64,000 nucleotides of DNA from an uncultured Candidatus Saccharibacteria bacterium (GTDB taxonomy: Bacteria; Patescibacteriota; Minisyncoccia; Phycocordibacterales; SIBU01). The stretch spans positions 23,387-87,386 of the forward strand of contig CAYHDB010000001.1 in assembly GCA_964355335.1 (NCBI GenBank). The letters run 5' to 3'. A program made the position numbers and the translations under genes. Shown one piece after another: positions 26,974-35,627 of this stretch (position 1 is the first letter of the stretch; each line of letters opens with the position of its first letter). The notes under the pieces are model-generated. The model was not told the DNA's origin. It did no database searches and saw only the letters and a list, made by a program, of their open reading frames with translations.

Positions 26974-27522
26974 TTACTGATTCTTTAAAAGATTCGCTTC
27001 TGCGGTGCGCAATTGCTCTGTAATGGCCTGACTTCTCAACGCTGCTTCTTTTGCTTTTGCCCGCGCAGCACTCAACGAGGCTAGGACAACAGAGGAAAGA
27101 ATGCCGATGATTGCTATAACAATTAAAACAAGAAGAATTATAAATACCCAACTTCCTGCACCCCCTTTCTGGCCTACAAACACACCCTCCTTGTTTTTGA
27201 TTCCAAGAAATGTGGATTTGCACTTTGGACAACGGTATCTATGTGTTCCGACAAAATATAATAAAGTAATCATTGGTGCAAAGAAAACACAAAGCCAGGC
27301 CAGAAACACAAACAAAGGATTCCGTGCCTTCTCTGCAGGACCGATATTTCCACAGTTTCCACATTTTATTGTGACACCCTCTGCTTTTGTTGAAGTTGGG
27401 ACGAATGGACTGGTGGCAGGATTTGTAGTATTCGTGGAATGGTTCGGTTCTGCCTTTGACCCGCATTTATTGCAGAATTTGGCATCGGATGGAAGCTTGC
27501 TATTGCATTTTTTGCAGTCCAT
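26974..27522 (-). CDS. Zinc-ribbon membrane protein with a C-terminal type-IV-pilin-like hydrophobic helix
   Basis: N-terminal CxxC...CxxC zinc ribbon (MDCKKCNSK..CNKCG) and a second Cys cluster. The C-terminus VFIILLVLIVIAIIGILSSVVLASLSAARAKAKEAAL resembles a pilin N-terminal helix (VIAIIGIL..SL.SARAKA). Confidence 0.55.
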   Translation of the reverse strand: MDCKKCNSKLPSDAKFCNKCGSKAEPNHSTNTTNPATSPFVPTSTKAEGVTIKCGNCGNIGPAEKARNPLFVFLAWLCVFFAPMITLLYFVGTHRYRCPKCKSTFLGIKNKEGVFVGQKGGAGSWVFIILLVLIVIAIIGILSSVVLASLSAARAKAKEAALRSQAITEQLRTAEANLLKNQ

Positions 27523-27544
27523 ATTATAAAAAGTTAATTTTAAC

Positions 27545-28195
27545 TTATTTCCCTTCCATCTTCTTTATCACCGAGAAGTCGCTTTTGAGTTTTCGGATTT
27601 CGCCGTTCATTATAAGGCTTGCTTCTTTGCGCTTTTCACGAGCGACGCCATCGGCAATATCTTTCTTATGATATTTGCTTTTGCGAGCGCTTACCGGTTC
27701 TGAGAGTTCCTCGAAGACCACTTGGCAGACGCGTTCGCCCGGGTAAAGACGAATGCCTTGCGAGTGCGTGTTGTTGCTAATCGGCAGGGTGAGCTGGCCT
27801 TCGTAGCCGGAATCGACAATGCCGGTGAGGTCGAGGGAGAGGCCTTTGCGGTTCGTAGAAGAGCGGGGATAAAGCACCGCCATCAAGTCATTCGGCACTT
27901 TAATCGTTTCAAGTGTGGAGACGAGCACATACTCGTGAGGCAACAATTCAAAATATTGTCCTTCCTCAAGTTCAACAACATCGAAAAATTCGGCGTTACT
28001 TTTGTCGAAGTGGGTGATGTCGAGTGACTCACGGCCGTTCTTGGTCAAGTGCCAGATTTTAGGAACAAGAAAAGTGAAGCCTAGACGAAGATCGACGGCG
28101 TGTTCTTGAAGTTGAAAACTGTCGAGCGCCGGCGAGAAGCCGATGTCGCCTTTTTTAACACGCTCGAGGATTTGTTTTTTGGTGATTACGGACAT
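27545..28195 (-). CDS. dcd: dCTP deaminase (dUTPase-fold)
   Basis: VDLRLG...IVDSGYEGQLTL...GERVCQVVF. Confidence 0.8.
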   Translation of the reverse strand: MSVITKKQILERVKKGDIGFSPALDSFQLQEHAVDLRLGFTFLVPKIWHLTKNGRESLDITHFDKSNAEFFDVVELEEGQYFELLPHEYVLVSTLETIKVPNDLMAVLYPRSSTNRKGLSLDLTGIVDSGYEGQLTLPISNNTHSQGIRLYPGERVCQVVFEELSEPVSARKSKYHKKDIADGVAREKRKEASLIMNGEIRKLKSDFSVIKKMEGK

Positions 28196-28346
28196 ACGTC
28201 AGTTGAAAGTTTATATGGCTACATATAATTGGTTCGTTCGGTTGAAATGGCTTTGCAAGCAAGTCATTTCTCCCTCACTGCCAATTATAAAGTTAGTAAA
28301 GTTTATCAAGTGAGGAAGATACTTCAAGACTATAAGTCAGCTGAAG

Positions 28347-28847
28347 CTATTTTGCAATTCGTGTGTAGATTTCATAAGTGGCGTCGAATGGGTTTTTGTC
28401 GTCCTTGGGCTCAAGTTTAGAAGTTGCCAATTGCCAGTTATCAGCAGAAAGGGAAGGGAAGAAGGCGTCTCCTTCAAGAGTGGTATGGATGAGCGTTCGG
28501 TAGATTTTATCGGTTTTGGGCAGGGCTTCGGCATAGAGCTGTGAACCTCCGATAACAAAAACCTCCTCATCTTTTGGTGCAGTTTGCAGGGACTCGTCGA
28601 GTGAATGAACCACACTGCACCCCGAGGCTCTAAAGTCAGGGTTTCGAGTGACAACGATGTTATTCCGGTCAGGCAAAGGTTTACCGAGCCTTGAAAGAAT
28701 AGACTCATATGTATTTCGCCCCATTATTACCGTGTGACCTTTTGTCACCGTCGCAAAATGCTTCAAATCCCTTGGCATATACCAGGGGATTTTGTTCAGA
28801 TGCCCAATGACGTTATTTTCCGATGTTGCCACGATTAATGAAAGCAT
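28347..28847 (-). CDS. folA: dihydrofolate reductase
   Basis: MLSLIVATSENNVIGHLNKIPWYMPRDLKHFATVTKGHTVIMGRNTYESI...VFVIGGSQLY. Confidence 0.9.
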   Translation of the reverse strand: MLSLIVATSENNVIGHLNKIPWYMPRDLKHFATVTKGHTVIMGRNTYESILSRLGKPLPDRNNIVVTRNPDFRASGCSVVHSLDESLQTAPKDEEVFVIGGSQLYAEALPKTDKIYRTLIHTTLEGDAFFPSLSADNWQLATSKLEPKDDKNPFDATYEIYTRIAK

Positions 28848-28849
28848 AG

Positions 28850-28945
28850 GTAGCGATTCTAATATACGAATTCATACTAATTATACTAATCGAAGCCTGT
28901 ATCCTATTCGTATCATTAGTACCATTAGTATATTGGCATCGATAC
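28850..28945. repeat. Palindromic word cluster (tactaat / attagta) between folA and thyA
   Basis: atacgaattcatactaattatactaatcg...cctattcgtatcattagtaccattagtatattgg. Confidence 0.7.
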
Positions 28946-28948
28946 GTT

Positions 28949-29785
28949 TTACAAAACAATTTTAAGACCCTTGATTGGCTCCAACGGCTGATACTGGCTC
29001 GTCAGATTTTCCACGATTTCTTGCACTAGTTTTACATCCTGTTTTTCCGCACGGTCAAAAGCGTTTTTAGGAAGTGTCAGTGTAATTTTCTTGTGATTAT
29101 TTTTACGCTTCATCAATTCTTCTGCTGCAAAGTAGTGAGTATCATAAACGTGAGCATTGGAAATGGAATGAGAGTAAAAGCCCGGCCTGACACCAAGCTT
29201 TTGGGCCAGAATATATGCTAGGAGCGCAAAACCTGCGACATCGGAAGGAAAGCCTAGGATAACATCATTAGAGCGGACAACGTTGTGAAGGTTGAGACGC
29301 CCACCGATAATGTTTACCGTAAATGTGTAAGGGCAAGGGACATTCTTTTTGATGGCACCCCCCAGACCGTCTTGTGCTGGGTCCCATGTGATGATGACTC
29401 CGTGTCGTGAGCTGGGGTCCTCTTTTAGAAGTCTTATCAAAAGACCAAGTTGGTCACGGCCAAAGTGTTTTCGCCAACGGTAACCGTAGGCGACAGTGAC
29501 AACGTCACCAGGATTGGTAAAAATATCCCAGATTTTGGTGAATTGACGCAAGAATATTTCTGGCTTTCTGGCACCTGTGATGAACCAGACCTGCTCCGCT
29601 ACGAACATAGGAATCGGTATTTTTCGAAGTGTAAGTAAGGGGAAACCATCCTTTTCAAGGTCAACAGTAAAATGAACGCCAGGCAAAGCTTTGGTCTCAT
29701 GTTTGGTACGTTCGTTTACCTCCGCTATCCCTCGGGTCATAATGTCGCGAAGAAGTCCCTGGTATATTTCATCTAGTCTTGTCAT
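28949..29785 (-). CDS. thyA: thymidylate synthase (ThyA type)
   Basis: MTRLDEIYQGLLRDIMTRG...RKIPIPMFVAEQVWFITG...NVPCPYTFTVNI...FPSDVAGFALL. Confidence 0.9.
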   Translation of the reverse strand: MTRLDEIYQGLLRDIMTRGIAEVNERTKHETKALPGVHFTVDLEKDGFPLLTLRKIPIPMFVAEQVWFITGARKPEIFLRQFTKIWDIFTNPGDVVTVAYGYRWRKHFGRDQLGLLIRLLKEDPSSRHGVIITWDPAQDGLGGAIKKNVPCPYTFTVNIIGGRLNLHNVVRSNDVILGFPSDVAGFALLAYILAQKLGVRPGFYSHSISNAHVYDTHYFAAEELMKRKNNHKKITLTLPKNAFDRAEKQDVKLVQEIVENLTSQYQPLEPIKGLKIVL

Positions 29786-29854
29786 GTGTAGATGAATTGT
29801 AGTATAGAGAGCGAACCAAGCCAACAGGCATATGATTTATGATACTATTTCCTC

Positions 29855-30361
29855 ATGAGCGCAATACAGTATCCCTATATTCCACAGGGTAAGACGATAA
29901 AATATGTTTCCGGACAAGACCGCTTTATGCGTGCCGCCGAGGATGCCTGTAAGGAACTGTCGACCGACCGCCAGCATCCTACTGGGGCAGTGTTGGCTCG
30001 CGACGGAGTGGTGATTGCTCGCGCCGCAAATCAATCCGCATTGAAAAATCCTAAACTTTTGGCTCTACACAGGGCGGGTTGGTGTGTCCGGAGATTATTC
30101 AAGATACCTTCGGGCCAAAAATATTGGCTCTGTCCAGGTTGTGCGTCATCGAAGAATCACGCTGAGACATCGGTGGTTCGGTTGGCTAGAAAAAAAGGGG
30201 TTGAAATTGCCGGAGCCGATCTCTATCTTTGGGGGCATTGGTGGTGCTGTGAGCCATGTTGGAACTCTATGATCGAAGCCGGAATCAAAGATGTGTATCT
30301 TTTGGAAGGAAGTGAAAGGTTGTTTAATCCCAAGTTTCCTGAGAATATTGTTGGTAAGTGA
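29855..30361 (+). CDS. dCMP deaminase (cytidine/deoxycytidylate deaminase family)
   Basis: HAETSVV...CEPCWNSMIEAGIKDVY are the zinc-binding HAE and PCxxC motifs. Confidence 0.75.
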   Translation: MSAIQYPYIPQGKTIKYVSGQDRFMRAAEDACKELSTDRQHPTGAVLARDGVVIARAANQSALKNPKLLALHRAGWCVRRLFKIPSGQKYWLCPGCASSKNHAETSVVRLARKKGVEIAGADLYLWGHWWCCEPCWNSMIEAGIKDVYLLEGSERLFNPKFPENIVGK

Positions 30362-30399
30362 TGAGTTTTAAGTTTATGTTACAATTCGAATACTATGGT

Positions 30400-30503
30400 G
30401 TAAGCTCCAAACAGTTGGCAGATTTAAGATTTAAGTAAGTTATCTTTTCCCTGCCTCTAATCTTGCTTAAATCTTACTACTTTAATCTCTAATCTAAAAT
30501 CCG
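30400..30503. repeat. Word repeat, family 3 (taaatct / aatcttaaatc) upstream of glyA
   Basis: gatttaagatttaag...ctctaatcttgcttaaatcttactactttaatctctaatctaaaatcc. Confidence 0.65.
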
Positions 30504-31688
30504 ATGAAGGACAAACAAATCGAAAAATTAATAAAGGCTGAAACTGCTCGGCAGAAGAAAGTAATTAATCTCATTCCATCGGAGAACTATGCCTCTGCAG
30601 ATGTTTTGAAAGCGCTCGGTTCTATTTTTGACAACAAATACGCCGAAGGATATCCGCACAAAAGATATTACGGAGGTCAGACCTACACGGATCAGCTTGA
30701 GGATTTGGCAAAAGAAAGAGCGCTGAAGTTGTTCAAGCTCTCTCCGGAAAAATGGCACGCCAATGTTCAGCCACACTCAGGTTCACCGGCAAACCTCGGC
30801 GTTTATCTTGCCTTGGTGCCACTGGGCGGAAAGATAATGGGTATGACTCTCACGGCTGGGGGCCATCTTACCCATGGACAGAAAGTTTCAATGACAGGAA
30901 AGGCTTGGCAACAAGTCCCGTATGGTGTTGACCCTAAAACAGAAGTGCTCGATTATGACTCGCTGAAGGAATTGGCAATTAAAGAAAAACCAAATCTAAT
31001 TGTGGCTGGATTTACCGCGTACCCTCGGATGATTGATTTCAAAAAGTTTCGCGAAATTGCCGACGCCTCAAGTGCGATGCTTATGGTGGATATGTCACAC
31101 GTTGCGGGATTGGTGGCTGGCGGAGTTTACAACTCACCGTTTGAATATGCGGATGTGGTGACGACGACGACTCACAAAACCTTGCGCGGTCCAAGAAGTG
31201 CCATAATTTTCTCTCGCAAAGACAAGATGCTGGGTGAAAAAGATATCTCGACTTTAATCGATAAGGCGATTTTTCCAGGACTTCAGGGAGGTCCGCACAT
31301 GAGCCAGATAGCCGCTGTCGCAGTCGCTTTGAAAGAAGACGCGACTCCGGCATTCAAAAAATATGCGTCTCAGGTTGTGAAAAATGCTAAAGCCTTTGCT
31401 GATGAGCTGATGAAGCTTGGTTGGCATGTGATTTCCGGAGGCACGGATTCGCATTTGGTTTTGGTAGACACCTGGATGGAGGGTAAAGGTATTTCCGGCA
31501 AAGACGCTGAAGCAAAACTTGAGAAAGAAGGAATAATTTGCAACAAGAACACTATTCCAAGTGAGACCCGAAGTCCTTTTGACCCGTCAGGAATTCGTAT
31601 GGGTACTCCAGCGGAAACTACACGTGGAAAGAAGGAAAAAGATTTCAGAAAAATCGCGCAGATGATTAATGAGATTTTGCGTTCTTGA
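30504..31688 (+). CDS. glyA: serine hydroxymethyltransferase
   Basis: INLIPSENYASADVLKALGS...YPHKRYYGGQ...TTTTHKTLRGPR. Confidence 0.9.
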   Translation: MKDKQIEKLIKAETARQKKVINLIPSENYASADVLKALGSIFDNKYAEGYPHKRYYGGQTYTDQLEDLAKERALKLFKLSPEKWHANVQPHSGSPANLGVYLALVPLGGKIMGMTLTAGGHLTHGQKVSMTGKAWQQVPYGVDPKTEVLDYDSLKELAIKEKPNLIVAGFTAYPRMIDFKKFREIADASSAMLMVDMSHVAGLVAGGVYNSPFEYADVVTTTTHKTLRGPRSAIIFSRKDKMLGEKDISTLIDKAIFPGLQGGPHMSQIAAVAVALKEDATPAFKKYASQVVKNAKAFADELMKLGWHVISGGTDSHLVLVDTWMEGKGISGKDAEAKLEKEGIICNKNTIPSETRSPFDPSGIRMGTPAETTRGKKEKDFRKIAQMINEILRS

Positions 31689-31742
31689 TTATTCCTCTCT
31701 CCTCGATTACTCTTTTAACCAGAGTTCTCAATAGGTACGAAT

Positions 31743-31889
31743 ATGAAGAAATGCACATTACCACCGGCACTCGCCAGGGCCTTTAAGGCGTCTATGGCGG
31801 AGTGGAAAAAGTTGACCCCCAAACAAAAACAGGCGTACTCCGTCATGGTCCCACCTAAATCGAAAAAAAAGAAAGGGAACAGAATATGA
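31743..31889 (+). CDS. small hypothetical protein (48 aa), overlapping by ATGA with a second small ORF at 31886-32098
   Basis: MKKCTLPPALARAFKASMAEWKKLTPKQKQAYSVMVPPKSKKKKGNRI. Weak resemblance to the YdeI/DUF1801-type C-terminus. Confidence 0.3.
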   Translation: MKKCTLPPALARAFKASMAEWKKLTPKQKQAYSVMVPPKSKKKKGNRI

Positions 31890-32122
31890 AGCTACGCTTT
31901 TGGAGTAGAAGTTTGTTTGCGAGATATTTTAAGAGGAAACCCGTGCCACAGTTTATCGGAGTGCACATTTCTGAATTCAACAATGTTTGGAATCAAATTG
32001 CTCTCGAAAAAGCACGACCGAGCTTGAATCCTTTGTGGAAGGTGGACGAAGAAAAAGTCGCTCGTCTTGAGCTCAGGTTAAAGGAGCTTCGCCCTTAGCC
32101 TTCCACTGGAATATTTGTGTTG

Positions 32123-32152
32123 GGCGCGAGAGCTATCTCGCGTCTTTTTCTT
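32123..32152. terminator. terminator-like hairpin, copy 1 of an identical repeat
   Basis: tgggcgcgagagctatctcgcgtcttttt. Confidence 0.6.
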
Positions 32153-32284
32153 GATTTACTTTTAGGGGTAGTGTAATGTTTTTTATGGAGGATGTTGGTC
32201 CCTCTCGCTTTTCTGTCATCCTAGCTTGGGGAAGAAAGAAAGGTTCTTTGCAAACAACAAACAGGCATATCGGAGAAATCCAAA

Positions 32285-32722
32285 ATGAAAGAGACACCCA
32301 AAAAACTAGTCGGTTTACCGCTTCGGCAGTTTGGCTATATTCACGTCACCGGCCTACCAGCTCGTAGAAGTGAAATGCAGTACACAATCCGCCCCTCCGC
32401 AAATGATTTAGGGAAGTGGAACTGGAATAACGGTATGGTGGTTGCCGTCACTGAATCTGGCGAGGTGTGGCTCAGAACAATGTCCGAGATGGGGGTTTCT
32501 GAGAAAGAGGCAATTCTCGATCTTTGCCCTAGAGGCGTTGGTGCGACGGTACCCTGTAGCAATGGGGAAGCTGTGCCGAGTCACATGCTTATGTCGCGGA
32601 ATGTTAATCCTGAATGGGATGGAAGGGGCAAGTATCCGTGGGATATTCCTCAAGGAGAGGAAACGCTGACGGGATTTCTAGAGTTGGCGAGGATGTTCGA
32701 GGCACGAGCCGCAGCCGTTTGA
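32285..32722 (+). CDS. Hypothetical protein, flanked by identical hairpin repeats
   Basis: A 145-aa ORF; the start is not verified. Confidence 0.35.
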   Translation: MKETPKKLVGLPLRQFGYIHVTGLPARRSEMQYTIRPSANDLGKWNWNNGMVVAVTESGEVWLRTMSEMGVSEKEAILDLCPRGVGATVPCSNGEAVPSHMLMSRNVNPEWDGRGKYPWDIPQGEETLTGFLELARMFEARAAAV

Positions 32723-32741
32723 TTATTTTGCCAGTGTTTAG

Positions 32742-32771
32742 TGTGGGCGCGAGAGCTATCTCGCGTCTTTT
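32742..32771. terminator. terminator-like hairpin, copy 2 (identical to 32123-32152)
   Basis: tgggcgcgagagctatctcgcgtctttttt. Confidence 0.6.
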
Positions 32772-32789
32772 TTCTTTGTCGGGTACAAT

Positions 32790-33476
32790 GTGGACATGGC
32801 CAAAAAAGGAAAGTTTATTGTTATAGAAGGCACTGACGGCTCCGGCAAGGCGACGCAGACCAAATTTTTGGCTGAGAAATTGAAATTGCTTGGCGTTCCT
32901 TTTGAGTTGGCGGACTTTCCGCAGTATGGAAAACCCTCTGCATATTTTGCCGAGAGATATCTCCGTGGTGAGTATGGCACAGCCGAAGAAGTTGGACCTT
33001 ATCGAGGGTCGCTTTTTTATGCTGTGGACAGGTATGAAAAATCTTTTGATATTCGTAAATGGCTTGCGGAAGGGAAGACGGTGATAAGTAACCGTTATGT
33101 GTCTGCCAATATGGGACATCAAGCGGGAAAGATAAAAAATAAGGCAAAGCGGGAAAAGTTTTTGAAATGGTTGGAAGAACTTGAGTACGGTATTTTTGGT
33201 ATCCCAAAGCCCGATCTGACAATTTTATTGTATGTCCCTCCAGAAGTCGGCCAGAAATTTGTTGATCAAAAAGGTGAACGTGCCTATACAAAGGGAGCAA
33301 AACGAGATATTCATGAAGCCGACCTTTCTCATTTACAAGATGCAGCCAAGGCTTATCTCGAAGTTGCCAAAAAATATAAATGGAAAGTGATTGATTACAA
33401 GACAAAAGAAGGGATTTTGTCTCTGGATGAAGTACAAGCGCGAATTTGGGAACGGGTTTCGAAGCTGATTAAATAA
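32790..33476 (+). CDS. tmk: thymidylate kinase
   Basis: GKFIVIEGTDGSGKATQ (P-loop)...DRY... Confidence 0.85.
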   Translation: MDMAKKGKFIVIEGTDGSGKATQTKFLAEKLKLLGVPFELADFPQYGKPSAYFAERYLRGEYGTAEEVGPYRGSLFYAVDRYEKSFDIRKWLAEGKTVISNRYVSANMGHQAGKIKNKAKREKFLKWLEELEYGIFGIPKPDLTILLYVPPEVGQKFVDQKGERAYTKGAKRDIHEADLSHLQDAAKAYLEVAKKYKWKVIDYKTKEGILSLDEVQARIWERVSKLIK

Positions 33477-33571
33477 TTTTCAAAAGCATTTCTGAAGATA
33501 TTTTTGTAACAATGGATGAATAATCTGTGTTTTCTTATACGTGGAGTACTCACATAGAAAGTGTCGAAATT

Positions 33572-34537
33572 ATGAATAATAAAAATGAATCGATAGTGTT
33601 GATTGGGGGTGGAGGCGGTGTATATCGTGTCGCTCGCTTTTTGAAGCGTCTTCGAACAAATATCACTACCGTTCAAACTGTTTTTGACCACGGGCGACAC
33701 TCGGGCGAACTTCGCGACGAGAGGGGGATGCTTCCCCCGGGTGATATTCGCCAAGGCATATTGGCACTTGCGGATGATGAGACCGAACCCGTGCTCAGAC
33801 AGCTTATGGCTTTTCGCTTTTCACCAAAAAATGGTTCCTCGCTCGATGATGCGACGGTGGGCAATATTCTTCTGGCTGCTTTGACTGAAATTACAGGAAG
33901 TATAAATGAAGCTATTGGTATCTTAAGTAAATGGTGCGGTGTGAAGGGAAGAGTGCTTCCTGTCAGTCTTGATGACGCGGATTTGTGTGTGAAGCTAAGT
34001 GATGGCGAAGTCATCTGTGGGGAAGGCGATGTGGACTCGCGCTCGGTGTCAGACAACAGGACGATAGTCTCTGCTCATCTACGTCCTGTCGCTAGGATTT
34101 ATGAAGAGGCAGGGGAGGCTATCCGTCGTGCGGACAAGATAGTGCTTTGTCCTGGCGACCTTTATACCTCATTGATTCCAAATGCCCTTGTCGAAGGCTT
34201 CAAGGAGGCATTGGCGGACTCACAAGGCAAGCTGATCTTTGTCGTTAACATCATGACAAAGAAAGCTGAAACCCCAGGGTTTACCGCGTCTCAGTTTGCC
34301 AAGACTGTTCTGTCATACGTGGGGAGAGATAAGTTTGATTGTGTGATTGTGAATAATGCTCCGATTAGACCATACCTTTTGGGGTGTTATCGCAGAGAGA
34401 TGGCCGAACCTGTTAAGGTGGACTTGGATGAACTCAAGGCCGTGGCAAAGGAAGTGATTGTCGAGGATGTTGCCGATCAAACTTCGGAAATTGTACGTCA
34501 CAACGAGAAAATTGCGGAAATTATCGCGCTCATATGA
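33572..34537 (+). CDS. YvcK/UPF0052 family gluconeogenesis-factor-like protein (CofD-like)
   Basis: IVLIGGGGGVYRVARFLK...QTVFDHGRHSGELR are YvcK motifs. Confidence 0.75.
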   Translation: MNNKNESIVLIGGGGGVYRVARFLKRLRTNITTVQTVFDHGRHSGELRDERGMLPPGDIRQGILALADDETEPVLRQLMAFRFSPKNGSSLDDATVGNILLAALTEITGSINEAIGILSKWCGVKGRVLPVSLDDADLCVKLSDGEVICGEGDVDSRSVSDNRTIVSAHLRPVARIYEEAGEAIRRADKIVLCPGDLYTSLIPNALVEGFKEALADSQGKLIFVVNIMTKKAETPGFTASQFAKTVLSYVGRDKFDCVIVNNAPIRPYLLGCYRREMAEPVKVDLDELKAVAKEVIVEDVADQTSEIVRHNEKIAEIIALI

Positions 34538-35010
34538 AAGTCATCATTTTCGACCTAGACGACACGATTCTTGATACGACAGGTACAATTGTTGCTCCGG
34601 ACTATTCTTTAACAAACATAAAGCTCGTCTCAGGAGCAAATGAAGTTCTTTCTCTTCCTGATGTGAAGAATATTCTCGTAAGCTTCGGTGAAGAGGAAAG
34701 ACAAAAAGAAAAGATACGAATCTTAGGCATTGCTTCTTATTTCAGTGAGATATACGTCACAAGAAATAATGACGACAAGTTTGAGGTGTTTAAGTCTCTT
34801 TCAGAGAGATTCAGCGAATTCGCACCGGGAATGTTTGTGGTGGGCAACCGTGTGGATGCCGAGATACGTTTTGGAAACTTGTGTGGCATGACTACTGTCC
34901 TTCTAAGACACGGTAAACATCAGGTGATTGTGCCAAAAGAAAAGGCGGAACATCCTACATACACAATCAATTCACTTTTCGAACTTCCTAAAATAGTTCT
35001 TTCAAAGTAG
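34534..35010 (+). CDS. HAD-superfamily hydrolase
   Basis: MKVIIFDLDDTILDT is HAD motif I (DxD). Confidence 0.7.
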   Translation: MKVIIFDLDDTILDTTGTIVAPDYSLTNIKLVSGANEVLSLPDVKNILVSFGEEERQKEKIRILGIASYFSEIYVTRNNDDKFEVFKSLSERFSEFAPGMFVVGNRVDAEIRFGNLCGMTTVLLRHGKHQVIVPKEKAEHPTYTINSLFELPKIVLSK

Positions 35011-35074
35011 TTTTAATGGTGTGGCAGACACACCATTTTTTGTATGTGAGCATAGAACAAGCTTGTGTTAGAAT

Positions 35075-35506
35075 GTGACAATGCTCACAGTAAAGATAAA
35101 ACGGCTCAATCCCGAGGCGAAATTGCCCAGTTATGCTCATCCGGGAGATGTGGGGCTTGATTTGTATTCACTAGAAGAGATCACAGTTCCACCAGGCGGA
35201 CACCATCGATTTTATAACGGTTTTGCTTTGGAGTTTCCGGAAGGATATGCGGGAATTGTGAAGGATAAAGGTAGTATTTCAAAGGCCGGGTTGCATACGA
35301 TGGGCGGTGTGTTCGACGCTGGTTTTCGTGGGGAATATAATGTACATTTGGTAAACTTAAGCGATAAACCCTATACCTTCGAAAAAGGAGATAAGGTGGC
35401 ACAGTTGGTGATATTGCCTGTTGCTTACGCTGATATGGTTGAAGTCGAGACATTGGCCGATTCGAGTAGAGGAGGAGGGCAGTTTGGGAGTACAGGGAGG
35501 AAGTAG
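35075..35506 (+). CDS. dut: dUTP diphosphatase
   Basis: AHPGDVGLDLYS...GIVKDKGSISKAGL...GVFDAGFRGEY...GDKVAQLVI...SSRGGGQFGSTG. Confidence 0.9.
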   Translation: MTMLTVKIKRLNPEAKLPSYAHPGDVGLDLYSLEEITVPPGGHHRFYNGFALEFPEGYAGIVKDKGSISKAGLHTMGGVFDAGFRGEYNVHLVNLSDKPYTFEKGDKVAQLVILPVAYADMVEVETLADSSRGGGQFGSTGRK

Positions 35507-35627
35507 GAAACAATTTCTAATTACCTAATTCATCTAATTTCTAATGAAATCTCCAATTTTAAGTTTTAGCCGTTTGACCTTTTATTAGGTGAATTAGAAA
35601 TTAGACAATTAGAAATTTTAAACACAA
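35507..35627. repeat. Palindromic word repeat, family 1, second copy
   Basis: atttctaattacctaattcatctaatttctaatg...ttattaggtgaattagaaattagacaattagaaatttt. Confidence 0.8.

Noticed and set aside
31886-32098. A 70-aa ORF overlapping the small gene at 31743.
   Set aside because: It has a basic low-complexity sequence and no motif. It is kept only as a note within the 31743 feature.
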